Origin: Lama guanicoe
Lineage: Eukaryota
NCBI GenBank assembly: GCA_013239625.1
Contig: MU053934.1
Location: 8,701,352-8,765,351 of the forward strand
DNA length: 64,000 bases
Direction of reading: 5' to 3'
A program made the position numbers and the translations under genes. Under the pieces are notes generated by a model. That model saw only the letters and a program-made list of their open reading frames with translations. It was not told the DNA's origin and did not search any database. Shown piece by piece: positions 11,151 through 23,265 of this stretch. Position 1 is the first letter of the stretch; every line of letters starts with the position of its first letter.

Positions 11151-12743
11151 TTCTAACTAAAACTAGCCGAGGTCCCAGCCTGGTGTCCTACTGCCCACGA
11201 GGCAGCTCTGTTGGGCTCACAGACACTGGCCAGATGGCTGGCTGTGGCCTGTGGGTGACACTGTTCGCTGGGAGGCTGGAGGACAGGCTTCTAGTCCCAG
11301 GCTTGTCACCCTCTGGTGAGGACATGAGTAAAAATGTTTCAACAGCCACGTGGCAGTGACTGGCGAGAACAGTAGTTAAAGGAGTTATGGGTTATTAATA
11401 ACATTTATAACGATGAAACGAGGATCATTATTATAACAAGGACAAGTGCCACGGACTAGTGTTAATTGTGATAATTACTAATTTATTGGGAAATTAGAAG
11501 ATGGTTTCAGGCCTGTAAATCAGGGAGGAAGGAGAAATGTAAGTATGTGGGAAAATATGTGAATTTGGAAGTTCATAATATTTGCCCGACAGGGCCCAGA
11601 GAAGAATTTCAAAGCAGTTGCATGTCCAAGGGTACCCCCGCAGGACAACTGCTGCCATGTCAGACCTCCTGAAAATGCATAACAAGCAAACAAAACCCTG
11701 AGATACCTTGGACCCCAGGAGCACCAGGCCGGGCAGGCCCTGGAGGAAGACCTCAGATTTGGCTCTAGAAGTGAGGGAAGGTGGAGCAGGGGGTGCCATG
11801 CTCAGGCTGTGGGAAGAGCACGGGCTGTGGGGGGCGGAGTGGAAGCAAGGAGCCCAGACGGACGGCCAACTGGTCTAGGAAGAGAGGAGGACACTTGTCT
11901 GGGGCAGGAGGTGGTGGAGTCCAGGATGTGGCGGGAGGGAGTGGGCAGGATGCTCGGGCCGCCTCCGGATCAGTTAGAGCAAGTCCCTGGGGGCTGCCCC
12001 GGGCCCTGGGGTTTGTGCTGGTTCTCAGGTGCAGCCAGGTGGACACCTGCTGGCCCTTCTCTTGAGAACATCCCGCTTTCATTCATCCAACCTCCAATTC
12101 TGTCTGTGCAAATGTCCTATTTAGATATATTCCCCTACTGCCTTACCTAATACCTTGTTTTCACCTGATTAAAAAATATATATTTTTGCATTTGATTAAG
12201 ATGTTTTTTATTACCTGATGTTTTACCATCTACAGAGCTCTTTCACTAACATTAGCTCTATTTTAAAAACAATTTAAATGTTTTACATTAGCTCTCAATA
12301 ATTCTGTTGTGGGGTATTTTGATCAAGAAATGGGGGTTCAGAAAGACCAAGAGATTTGGCCAAAACCACATGGCTGAAGGTGACCCCCAAGGGGACGTGG
12401 TCTTGGCTCCTGTCTCTCCTTCATTTGTCACTGTGTGTCCTTGTTTCCTGACACAGCCCGGCTTGTAGGCCCCTCTGCACCTCACAAGGAGCCAGTCATC
12501 CTCCAAGCTGCCCCCTTAAGTGCCCCGCCATCCACAACCCACCTGCTGCAAGGCTGCCGTTGTCAATGGCTCACTTCATGTTGGTTCCTGTGATGTGGAG
12601 TTTTTTATAATAATAGTAATAATAGTAGTAATGATGGCTATTTGTTGAGTGCTTCTGTGTCCCTGTGTTGAGAAAAGTATTTCACTGAAGCGATGCATTT
12701 AATTGCGGCAGTAATTCTGTGAGCAACGGACCACCGTGACCCC

Positions 12744-13206
12744 TGTGTCATGACCTAAATGTTTTCGTCCCCCCAAAAATCATGTGTTGAAACCCTAACC
12801 CCCAATGTGATGGTATTTGGAGATGGGATCTATAAGAATTAAGGTGAAATGAGGTCACAGGGGTGGGACCCTGATCCAGTAGGACTGGAGCCCTGACGAG
12901 AAGAGGGAGAGACACCAGAGACCTCTCTGCACCTGTCTATCCACCCATCCATCCATCCGTCCATCCACCTACCTATCATCTCCAGCTCCAGCTCCAGCTC
13001 CGCACACTCACGGCGAAAGGCCACGTGAGACACAGCGAGAAGCGGGCTGTCTACAGCCAGGAAGCGTGGCCTCACCAGAAATCCGTGCTGATGGCACCTT
13101 GATCTTGGACGTCCAGCCTCCAGAACTGTGAGAAAATAACTGTCTGTAGTTTAGGCCCCCTGTCTGCGGCATTTTGTTATGGCGGCCTTAGCCAGCAAAT
13201 CCACCC
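12744..13206 (+). mobile_element. MLT1A/B-like LTR with internal (CCAT)n and (CTCCAG)n microsatellites
   Basis: TGTTGAAACCCTAACCCCCAATGTGATGGTATTTGGAGATGGG...GGCACCTTGATCTTGGACGTCCAGCCTCCAGAACTGTGAGAAAATAA. Confidence 0.9.
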
Positions 13207-14828
13207 GTTTTGGATAAGGAAACTGAGACACAGAGACGTCATCTGACTCTGCCAGGAGTGCTCAGTAGCTCGTGGGACCAGGCTGCAAACCCGACAGCCA
13301 GGCTGTCTCCAGCTCCTGCCTGCTCTTCTCACTCGAAAAAATGACCGAGGAAACCCTCCCACCATCCCCCACCCCCGCTGCTCCGCGCGGCCTCCGCACC
13401 CTCCCTCCGGCCCCCGGCGCCCAGTCCAGTTCCAGGGCTGTGTGCTGCTGCCTGGCCGCGCCCCGGGCTCTCCCCAGCAGCCTTGCCCCCACATTCCATG
13501 CTTGTTGAACTAAGCTGCCCAGAGTTGTGAATTCCCCTCTTCCCTCCTGTGGGCCCCACGCAGCTGGGTTTACTTTCCTGCCTTGTGCCACGGGCATCCA
13601 GGTGCAGGTCTGTCTGTCTCTCTGTGTCACCACAGAGGGCTCCCTGAGGCTACGCACGGCATCCCGCCCACATGTGTCCCGCCGAACTCAGCCCAGGGCC
13701 CTGCACACGGACCACCTGGGTCACCAGAGGGCGGAGGAGTCCTACGTGTGGGCACGTTTGCAGCACCAAGGGGCACTGGCACCCGGTGCTTATAAATAGA
13801 GTCTGAGGGGTAAACACATATGCGAGAAGGACGTGAGGCAGACACGGTATAAACAGTTCATTTTCCCTTGTCAGGGTGATTAAGCGGTGACTGACCTGAA
13901 CTGTGTCACTCGGTCACCTGGAGCCCCGAGCCGAAGTCTGCAGAAGCAAGTGGCTCCAGGCCCCAGATCCAGCTATGTCCCACACCCCATCCAGACTTTC
14001 TGTGCCCCGTGGGTCTCCTGGGGTGATCTGTCAATTGGTTTTGGGGTGTGAACTAAGCAGTTGCCCTCGGTCCAGGGTTGACTGTGCAGGGCCCTTTTAG
14101 GAGAGGCAGGGAGGAGGCAGCTGAGTCACCAGCCTTCTCGCACCTGCACTGTCCCCCAGCCCCCTACTCGGATAGAGCTTCTCACTTTCAAGCCAAAGGA
14201 AGCTACCCACGTGTCCCGAGGGGCATGGATTCCTCTCCATCCCCCACCCCCCGCCCCCGTCCAGAGCGCACACACACAAACACACACACCACCCTGACTC
14301 CAGGCAATATTGAACGGAGACGGATCCTGCCCTATTAATCCAATTAAACTCAAAGTCAGAGGAGACCGCATCTTGCCCATTTTCTCTCACTTTATAAAGA
14401 AAGGTTGGTTTAGAGAACTTTGATTATGCCTCAAGTCATTGGCAGGAGGATGATTTTAGCCCCAACCCCACTTTTTTTACCCCAGATAGAGCAACTTTGA
14501 GACAGCAACATATGCTGCTACACTGGCCCTGCTCCTGAGGCAGACATGAGTAATCAATCCCAGCTCTCTTCCTGGCTGAGCCTGAGCTTCGTCGGCAAAT
14601 CCTTCTCAACAAAGCTTTCCAGGCAGTGACTCCTAACTTGTCAACTTGCACTGGTCCTACTCACCTTCCCAGCTGTCCCCATGAGCACGTACTGTCCCTT
14701 AGGAGCTGGGTGTCAGCAACGCTAGCCACAGCCAGAGAGGCTGTGAGTCTCCACAAGGCAACAGGGACTTCAGGAGTTAGAAGGCTGGTTCTGTGACCCC
14801 ACCACCTCTGTTTAAGGGTTCCCCCAGA

Positions 14829-15052
14829 GCAGTGGCTTCTATGCTGTTTTGACCTTGACCCACAGTAAGAAACAAACTGCACAGAGAAACCCAGGACCCA
14901 CAGTCATGTATGTTCATACATGCAACGGAGTCAGAGTTTCATGGGAAAAACAGCTATGCAGCTTAATAGTGTCTGTTCTGTTCTTCATGTTATTCTCAGC
15001 CACTAAGTTGATTTCATGCCCCACATCTGCGATGTGAGAAACCACAGCTCTA
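14829..15052. mobile_element. hAT-Charlie-like MITE remnant
   Basis: CAGTGGCTTCT...GACCCACAGTAAGAAA...CCACTAAGTTGATTTCA...GAGAAACCACAG resembles Charlie4-type elements (from recall). Confidence 0.5.
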
Positions 15053-15482
15053 AACTGTTCTCACATCTTTAGCGTCTCCACGTTCCAGAGATTTCGATTT
15101 CTCTTCCCATCAAACTCCTCCACTTCCCCAAAGCTCCACCTTCAGTGATGTGACCATGGGCAGTACAGAATTAATCAAATCATCCAGTGAATAGCTGACT
15201 GGCAGGGCCTAGCCATTTAGACTTTGAAAGTGTCCCAAGTTACTCTTACCCTCAAATTCTGAGAATCATCCAGTCAACCCCATCAAGTTTCTTAATTTTA
15301 AAAATGGGGAAACAGACGCATAGAGGAACAGCCATTGGCCAATGATCCCAGGGATCCAGAGGTCAGGCTAGGATGACTCAAAATTACAGCGTTAGAGACT
15401 CAAGGCTCTTGGGGACTGTGTCCCCCATTTTGGTGGCCACCTAATACCACACAGCCAATAGGAGGAGACATGGACATAGTAC

Positions 15483-15616
15483 CTGTAGTGGGTAGAATGG
15501 TGGCCCTTCAAAAATGTACAACCATCGTGACTCCTGGAACCTGTGAATGTGATCTCATTTGGGAGAAGAGTCTTCTCCCAAATTTGCTCACAGCAGTCCT
15601 GGGAAACCAGCACACA
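15483..15616 (+). mobile_element. MLT1 LTR with large internal deletion
   Basis: 5' end TGTAGTGGGTAGAATGGTGGCCC...GGAACCTGTGAATGTGA joined to 3' end TTTGCTCACAGCAGTCCTGGGAAACCAGCACA. Confidence 0.7.
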
Positions 15617-18600
15617 CCCAAAGCGGGAGTTCAGGGGTTACCATGGAATCCGAGTGTCACGCTGGGAACCCCTTTTGCTGAGCTCCTGTTGAGTGCGGGC
15701 GCTGCACCAAGGGGTTCACACACATCCCGATGGTGACACCGAGTGGGCCAGGCAGGGACAGCCACTACCCCAAAGCACACAAAGCGTGAACCCCTTGCGC
15801 AGGGCCAGCAGGCAGTGTGTGCGCAGCTGGGGCTGCTCCCTCCCAGCCACCTCCTCTCCGCGACAGGCCGGGGGCGGGGCGGGCCTTTTTCCAGCAGGGG
15901 GTCTTCTGACGCTTGGTTCCTGCCTCGTGGGCAACTACACCCGACAGAGCCAGACTCTGAGATTTGAGCTCAGAATCTGGGGAGTAGCCCCAAAGTACAA
16001 GATGGAATTTTAGCAAGAGAATCCTACCACAGGGTTTCTTTCCCTTTGCTCAAGATGAACAGGAGCAGATACAGTCTGACCTACATTTAGCACAGAGGGA
16101 GGAAATTTAGTTCATTCAAAGAAGTGAGAATTTGGTAGTCCTTAAGTGATTTAAAGTCTTTTCCTCTGCTTGACGTTCTCCGTATGGTATTGGATGTGTG
16201 ACAACATATATCCAGAGAGAGAGGGACCATGATGTAGAAGTCAGGCCATTTACACATATCCAAGTTATACCGCCAGTGTGGACGAGTTTATAAAGGGCGT
16301 GACGTGTCGACGGGCCACCAGGCACAGGCACGTCATGAAGATGTCCTGGAGGAAACTGGGGTGGGAGGACCGCACACGGATCCCAGGCCGGAGGGTGCAA
16401 AGTGGAACCAGCTCTTCCCGGTCTTCTCAACCACGGCCGATGGGCCGATGGACAGGGCAGGGACGCCTGGACCAAGGCCAGCGAGTCCGGTGAAGCCCCA
16501 CCCTTGGCGGCACTTTTGGGCTTTAAGAAATACTTCAACGCCCTTCTCATTTCATTCACAAAATGTCCCGTGAGCAGAGAGGGGAAGGATTATTTCTATT
16601 TTACAAGAAGAAAAAAAAGCCCACCAAGATGCGAGTTAAGTGTGATTTTCCCCAAAGTCTGATTCTAAATGGATGAGCTGGGAAGCGGACTGTGGATCAG
16701 ACGTGAGGTCCAGCCCAGAGAGCGGCCAAGTCCCCGCTAACTGCGACTGGACGTCATGGCCTCTAGACCTTGAGACCTGAATTCTCACCTGAATTCTGAG
16801 CCGCCACGTCACACAGGAAGCCCCGCTCTCTTCATGTTTCAGGCGGGTACAGCCAAAGCATCTGGTGGTTCAGACTGCCTGTCACAGAAGGTGACAGGGT
16901 GACCTGAGGGACTGAGAACCGCACCCTGGGAGGCACCTCAGCGGACTCGCGCTGGGAACCCTGGTTCTACACGTGGGAGACGCAGGAGGCAGGGCCCCGC
17001 ATTCAAAGACTTTAAGTGCAAAGGGGTGGACGCTATGTCTCGCCAGGTGCTTGAAGGCGGCAGCGCGCACAGACCCTCTCCCAGGGACGTCTGGCTCCGC
17101 CTTTCTCCCCCACATTGTAGTGATGCTGCTAGATTTGTTTACATGTGGTGGAGTCAGGACGGCAGCCCGGGGTTGCAGAGAAAGCGCTGCCTTCAGAAGC
17201 TCAGCTGTGCAGAGGGTAAGGACCTGGTGCAGGGAGGTCCCCGGGGGCCACGTGGCCCCAACCACGGGCCCAGGCTCGGGACTGGAGGAGCTGGGTGACC
17301 TCTGGACGTGGTTGGCTGGCGGGTTCCCTGTGCCCTGACCGCCCCCACCTTGGAAGGGGGATGAGAACTCCGCCCCTCCCACCCGCAGACTACAGCCAGG
17401 GCTGAAAGGAAACCGGCTTTGGGAACCAGGACGTCCAGAGTCAGCTGGGGCTTCATTTTCGCGGGAAGCTCTCGATGCTTCTGTGCAGTGGGGATTCTGG
17501 AATGGTCATTTTTTTCCTGCCACTCCCACCCCCCAAGTGCACTGAGACCCTGCGATGACAGCACTTCCTTAAAGTGAGCTGACGGTGGAGCTGGGGCCGG
17601 GGTCTGACCCCCGAGCCCCAGGCCCCTGGACTCACACGGACCTGGGCCCACACACCAGCCTTCCCGGATGAGGGGGTGAGCCCGGCAAGCCGCTTAACCT
17701 TCCAGCGCCAACGGGCGGCGGCTCGGCTACAGAAGGGGGACCCATCACAACGTTAGCTCTGTCTCCTTCTGGGGGAGGGAGGGGCTGCTCAACCCCATGG
17801 CCGCCATGGGTCTGGGTAGACACTGAAGTCACTTCCTGACACCCAGTAAGGGGGGAAGGTGAGCGGTGAGCCGCAGTCAGGCCAGCTTAGGGCAGCAGTG
17901 GGCCAGGCATCTGTGTTCACTGCATTTGTAAGGACTTGGCTTACCCACTCCTGGTGGGGTGTCACCGGGGGTGCCGAGTCTCCCACCAGCCCAGGATGCT
18001 GTGGGAACTGGGGCAGGAGCCTCTTCGGTCAGGCTCCCAACCCAGTGTTTCTTCTGCTTGGCCCATAGAAGGAAAGTCAGTTCTGTCCATGTCCTGCAAA
18101 TTTCCACAAAGGACACCGAACATTTGCGCCACACCTCGTCCCTCTCCAGTCACGGTGCAAAGCCATCAGCGAGTCAGAGGCTGCTTGGAAGCACGGTTCT
18201 CAGCAGGTGCACACCGACTGCCGCTCCCGGCCCTCCAGCAAGCGGCCTTGATCTCGGGCGATATTTAGATGCTGTTTTCCTCATTGGCCACAGATGCTTG
18301 TCACACCAGAAACTCGCTTGGCGGCTCGTCCTGGGTCTCCTTGACCTGGTGCAGTTTGAAAGCAGAAGAAAATGCTCCAGTTTGCCAGGGACACCTGTTG
18401 CCCTTGGGAACAAACGTTTGCATCTGGCCTTTGCTGTCCTTTCTCATTTGGTTTCTTCTCACGGAGGAAGCAGCCAGGCCCCACACTCTGTCCAGGTGGG
18501 CCAGTGCACAGGCCAGCCTGTTGTGGGGAGGCCTTTGTGGGGCAGAGCTGGAGGGGCCTACGACCCTCCCTCCAGGTGAGAAGACTGAGGTTCAAGAGGA

Positions 18601-19619
18601 GAAGGCATTGGCCAAGGTCCCTGCAGGTAAGAGGTGCAGGGTGGAGCCATGTCCAACTTCTGCCAGCTCAAGGCCACACGTACTTCCCACCGTGGGACAT
18701 GGCTGGGGGCAAAAGGGGCTGACCCCGAGCTTGGGCGCTCCCTTCCTGTTCCTGCACCCTCCCTGCTAGGTGACTTCAGAAACACTCCACTATGCTCTCA
18801 ACTGTAAAGTTGGGAGTGGGGGGTCTTGGCCACCACCAAGGAAGTACATCACCCCTCCCCTTGGCCACGGCCACACCTGCCTCATTTTCCCAACCCAAGC
18901 TGCTCCCCCAAACCCACCTGCTCACCCCTAACCACTGGCTGCCCCCTCCTCAACCCCTTATTTCTCTCACTGCCTGGCTAATGACAGGGAAATGGAGTTT
19001 GGGAGCAGTCAAGGGACATGCTGCGCTGACCTAGTGTGGACACACAGTAACTACTTTTGAATGAAAAAGAAAAGAGAAGAAATGTCACCCACCAGGCTGT
19101 TCCTAGGACCAAGGAGGTGATCGATGCTCCAGGCCTTCTGTGTCTCTGATGATGAGATGGCCGTGGCCAGATGTGGTCCTGCCCACCTAGGTGAAGCGAT
19201 GGCTCTGCTTGTCCCATGGCATCTGGGGGTCCCACCCCACATGGTCTGCAAAAGGCTCTGGTCACACAGAACTCTGGCCGGAGGGGACAGCATCGCCTGC
19301 GGGAAATAAAGTGTACACCCGTCCTGACCCACTGAACAGTTCTTCCTGGCTTGGGGTCCTCAACAAGGTTCTCTGTGACACTAGGGACACAATTTCTCCC
19401 CCCAAGACCTGACTTTGACTGGGCCCATTGGGCCCTTTTTCCCTCGACACCTCTCCCTTCTGCCCCAATCCCGAGATGTGATGGAACTTAACCCGTCCAC
19501 CGCGCTACCCTCTGGACCCTCTGCAGGTCATTCATCAGCAAGTCTTGTTTCCAAGCCTCCTACATGCCAGCCCTGTAGGAGAAACCCAGTTCCCTGCCTG
19601 GGAGCTCAGCCCCTGTACT

Positions 19620-20064
19620 GGGCTGACTAGTGTCCCTCTGAAATTCATGTCCACCCAGAAACCCGTGACTGTGACCTTCTTTGGAAATTGCATCTCTGCA
19701 GAGGGAATCGTGTTAAGATGAGGTCATCCTGGATGAGGCTGGGCCATCGTCCATTGACTGGTGTCCTTTGGAGAAGAAATTCGGACACAGACACACACAG
19801 AGTGGCTATATGACAATGGAGGCAGAGACCAGAGGGATGTAGCCACAAGCCAAGGAGCACCAAGGCTGCCACAGCCGTCAGAAGCCGGAAGAGGCACCGG
19901 AGGAGTCTTCTCTAGAGCCTTCGGGGGAAGCGGGGCCCTGCTGACACTTTGGTTTGGGGCTTTTAGCCGCCAGATCTGCAAGAGGATACATTTCTGTCGC
20001 TTTAAGGCCCCTTCCCACCCCGCAGCTTGTGGTCATTTGTTCTGGCAGACCTAGGCGTCTAATC
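19620..20064 (+). mobile_element. MLT1C/D-like LTR
   Basis: AATTCATGTCCACCCAGAA...GTTAAGATGAGGTCATCCTGGAT...CACAAGCCAAGGAGCACCAAGG...CCCTGCTGACACTTTG. Confidence 0.85.
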
Positions 20065-20380
20065 CACCCCCCGCAAGGGCAAGACACCCACACTGCGGGA
20101 GCCCGGTGCACCCCCCAAAGGGCAATGCAACTGGACAAACACAGCGCCTTATCCGAGGCACTTCCTCTGCGCGCCTCCAGACATCACGTCCTCACAGCCA
20201 TCCGAGAGGCAGGCTGCGCGGGACTATAGATGGGAAAACTAAGGCCCAGAGGGCAAGAGACTGACCCAAAGTCAAATAGTTGGGACACAGCAGCCTACAT
20301 TCAAACACAGCCTTCCCGAATCTGGGGGCAAGCGGCCTTGTTGGGGTTCGGTGTTTCGTTTGGTTTGTTTGTTTTTTATG

Positions 20381-20498
20381 AGGGGGAGGTAATTAGGTTG
20401 ATTTATTTGTTTCTGTTTGGAGGAGGTACCGGGGATTGAACCGAGGCCCTCGTGCAATGCTAAGCATGCGCTCTCCCACGTGAGCTGTGCCCTCTCCC
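20381..20498 (-). mobile_element. tRNA-Ala-derived SINE (camelid vic-1-like)
   Basis: Reverse complement gives a tRNA-like head (AGCTCA...GCTTAGCA...GGTTCAATCCCCGGTACCTCC) followed by the AACCTAATTACCTCCCCC tail shared with the other copies. Confidence 0.8.
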
Positions 20499-23094
20499 AG
20501 CGTGTTCTGTGTGCGCCCTCCCCACCGGTGGGGGCGGCCCCGCCAGGCGCTTTGCTCCTTGATCAGGGCCTCCCCCGTGGGCAGATCACAAGAAAGGAGG
20601 TCTGGAGAGGATGATTTGGGTTTTTGACCCCCTGAATCGGGGCTCTAACAGACCTGGTAACTCACAGTGAGCGCGGTCAGGTTAAAGATCAGCACGTGCA
20701 CACGTCAGACCCAACCTGGTCTGCCCTTGCTGGTGGGTTTTGCAGAAGTCATTAGCCAGACATTCTCTCGGGTCTGTTGTACTTTTGTTCGCTCCATTCA
20801 CCTCCATCAGTACCTGGCCTTTCGCCTCCTCCCCACCCCCCAACCCCTGACTTCCTCTAACAGAGTCTCCAGGCTGGGCCCCTTCGGCTGGCCAGCCTCC
20901 AGGCCTGGGCTCTCAGCAGCTTGGGACCCCAGGGAACCACGCCCTCCCTGACACACTCCTTGCTCTTTCTCAGGCTCATAAACCATGGAGCTCCCCTGGA
21001 CCTGGACCCCTTTCTCTCCTGACCCTGAAACTCTCCTTGGGAGCCTACGTCTAGCCACGGCTTCAGTTGTCAGCCACGTGCCAACATCCTTCCAGTCACC
21101 AGGCATTCCGCTGCCAACTTCATGTCTGTTTGAAAGTCCTACAGGAGCTCCAAGGCCAACCAGTCCAAAACAACCTCCTTCCGTCTTCGTGCTATTTCCG
21201 TTGTGACAGGGTTCCACGAACGCTTCATTGGTGGGTGGTACTGGTCCACTGGTGGGTGATGGCGGTCTACTGTGACAGCGGTCTACTGTTCCTTTAGCAG
21301 GTGGCAGGTTCCACTGGTTCTGGCGGAAGTGCTGAGTGGTGGGAACAGTCCTGGCCTTGAATCGGGCAGGCTCGGCCTCCAGCCCCGCTTGCCCGATGTG
21401 ACCACAGACAAGGGACCCAGCTCTCTGGCCTGCAGTAAGAGGATGGTGACGCCACCTCACAGGGTGATGACGGGCTGGGTGGTGATGCTGCCTCAGAAAA
21501 GGAGGGTCAGCAGGGCCAAGAGAAGAAACCTCTGCAGCCAGCTGGGCTGACAGGGACACAGGAGGGTCACAGAGGGGCCGTCAGACGTGCACCTGTGAAG
21601 GAACGTGGAGCAGCCCTGCTCCGCCAGAGCCTCGTCCTTTAAGCTCTCCTCTTTGTCCACACCACTACCTTCTTGCTGGCTGTAACTGCGGGCGGGGGTC
21701 TGTGCCAGCCCTGGCCCCTCCCCCACCTCATTCCTCCTCTTCCAGAAGCGCATCGGTCGCCATAACCCTCTCTCCCTCCGGGGCTCTGCTCCTGGTCTCC
21801 GGGTCTGAGTGGCCTCCGTGCCCTCACATGGGCCCCCTTGCACCACCCCCCCACAGCCCGCCTGCCTCCCCCTCCTGTGGCCAGGCTTACCTGGTGCCAC
21901 GTTGAACTTTTCAGTCTTTCCTTTCCTTCTCGTAGCTTCTCCCGCCCCAACGTGAGAAACTTCCAGCAGAATGAACTCTGGGGTGAGAGTGACCCTGCAC
22001 CAGGCCGGACCTTCTCTCCTTGACCCGCGTGTCCCCTCCTGGCCCGGATGACCAGCGTGCACCCCTGCAGAGATGCACCCCTCCCTCTGGCTCTCCCTAG
22101 CTCCAGGCATCCGTCCCCTCTCTGGGACCTCAGGGTGGAGGTGATGACTCGTGAATCCTCCCACCCCCACCCCAGGCCTCAGCCTCGCCCGGGTCCCACT
22201 GCTCCCCACCTCTCACCCGATTGTGAGGCTCTGACCTGCCTTCCTAAGGGAAGTTACCGTCCTAGAACATGGCTCTGGGGGTGACACTACCCTCTCCCCA
22301 CTGCCCCACGCCTCACTCCTCAGATGAGCACAAAAACCCTTGTTCTGTTGCCAACCAAGCCTCGCCCCCATGCTCCCCTCCCCCAGCATGATGCCGGGGT
22401 CTTCCCAGAGTCCCCGCCCACTTTCAAACCTCGTTGACAAGCCTCTCTGTCCCTGGAATTCCCACTCTGGCCGCTTCCGCCTGTCTAGCAAGCCTCCTGG
22501 GCTCCCTGGGCAGTTGCTCCTTCCCTGGGGTCGCATCCTCGCTGTCCACTGTCCCCTTGCTCCCTGCAGGGCGGGCGACCCCTCACCAGGCAGAGTGCCA
22601 CCGGGGGGGGGGACCACCTTCCCGCCCCACCAGCCGCAGTCCTTCTGGGATGCTTCCAGCCGGCACGGAGCGGGAGCCCAGGGTGCGCTGGTTAAATGAA
22701 CAGACCTGTGAAGACTGTGTGTAAATAATTTTTAATATGTTGAAACACATTAAAAATGCATTAAGAATGCTGGCTATTTAAAAGAATTCCACAGGGAATC
22801 ATTTTCTAAAAATGAGAAACTCTCCTTAATGGGAATAATCACTCTCTAATTCAAATGGTGCCCGTGTTTGAATCTTCATTGACAATATCGCCTCTCTTAA
22901 TAAAAAGAACGTCTTACAAGGACATTCTTTGTGGCCAGAAACTTTACTCCCAGGGGCGATAATAATGCCTACGAATGGTTAGCGCAGAAAATACCATGAA
23001 ACACTAAGTCAAATTATGTCAAGTGTCCAAGAAACTCTGAAGTTTATTTCTGGGGGTCTTTGCTGGAGCAAAGGGGTTAGGGCTGGGCCAAAAC

Positions 23095-23265
23095 AAGCTG
23101 CATACTTACAGGGCTCGGTACAAAATGAAAAGCAAGCCCCGTGTTCAGAAATGATAAAGAACTTCGAGGCAGTGACAGCAGAGCGTTCAGTCAAGCCTGG
23201 GCCCCTTCTGAGCGCCAGACCCTGTGCAACTGCCCAGGGTACACAGCCACAAGGCGGACAATTGA
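23095..23265 (-). mobile_element. MER45A-like hAT MITE
   Basis: GCTGCATACTTACAGGGCTCGGTACAAAATGAAAA...GACAGCAGAGCG...CCCCTTCTGAGCGCCAGACCCTGTGCAACTGC. Confidence 0.7.

Noticed and set aside
16116..16662. Cluster of overlapping ORFs in CpG-retaining sequence
   Set aside because: No consistent frame, splice signals or recognisable domain.
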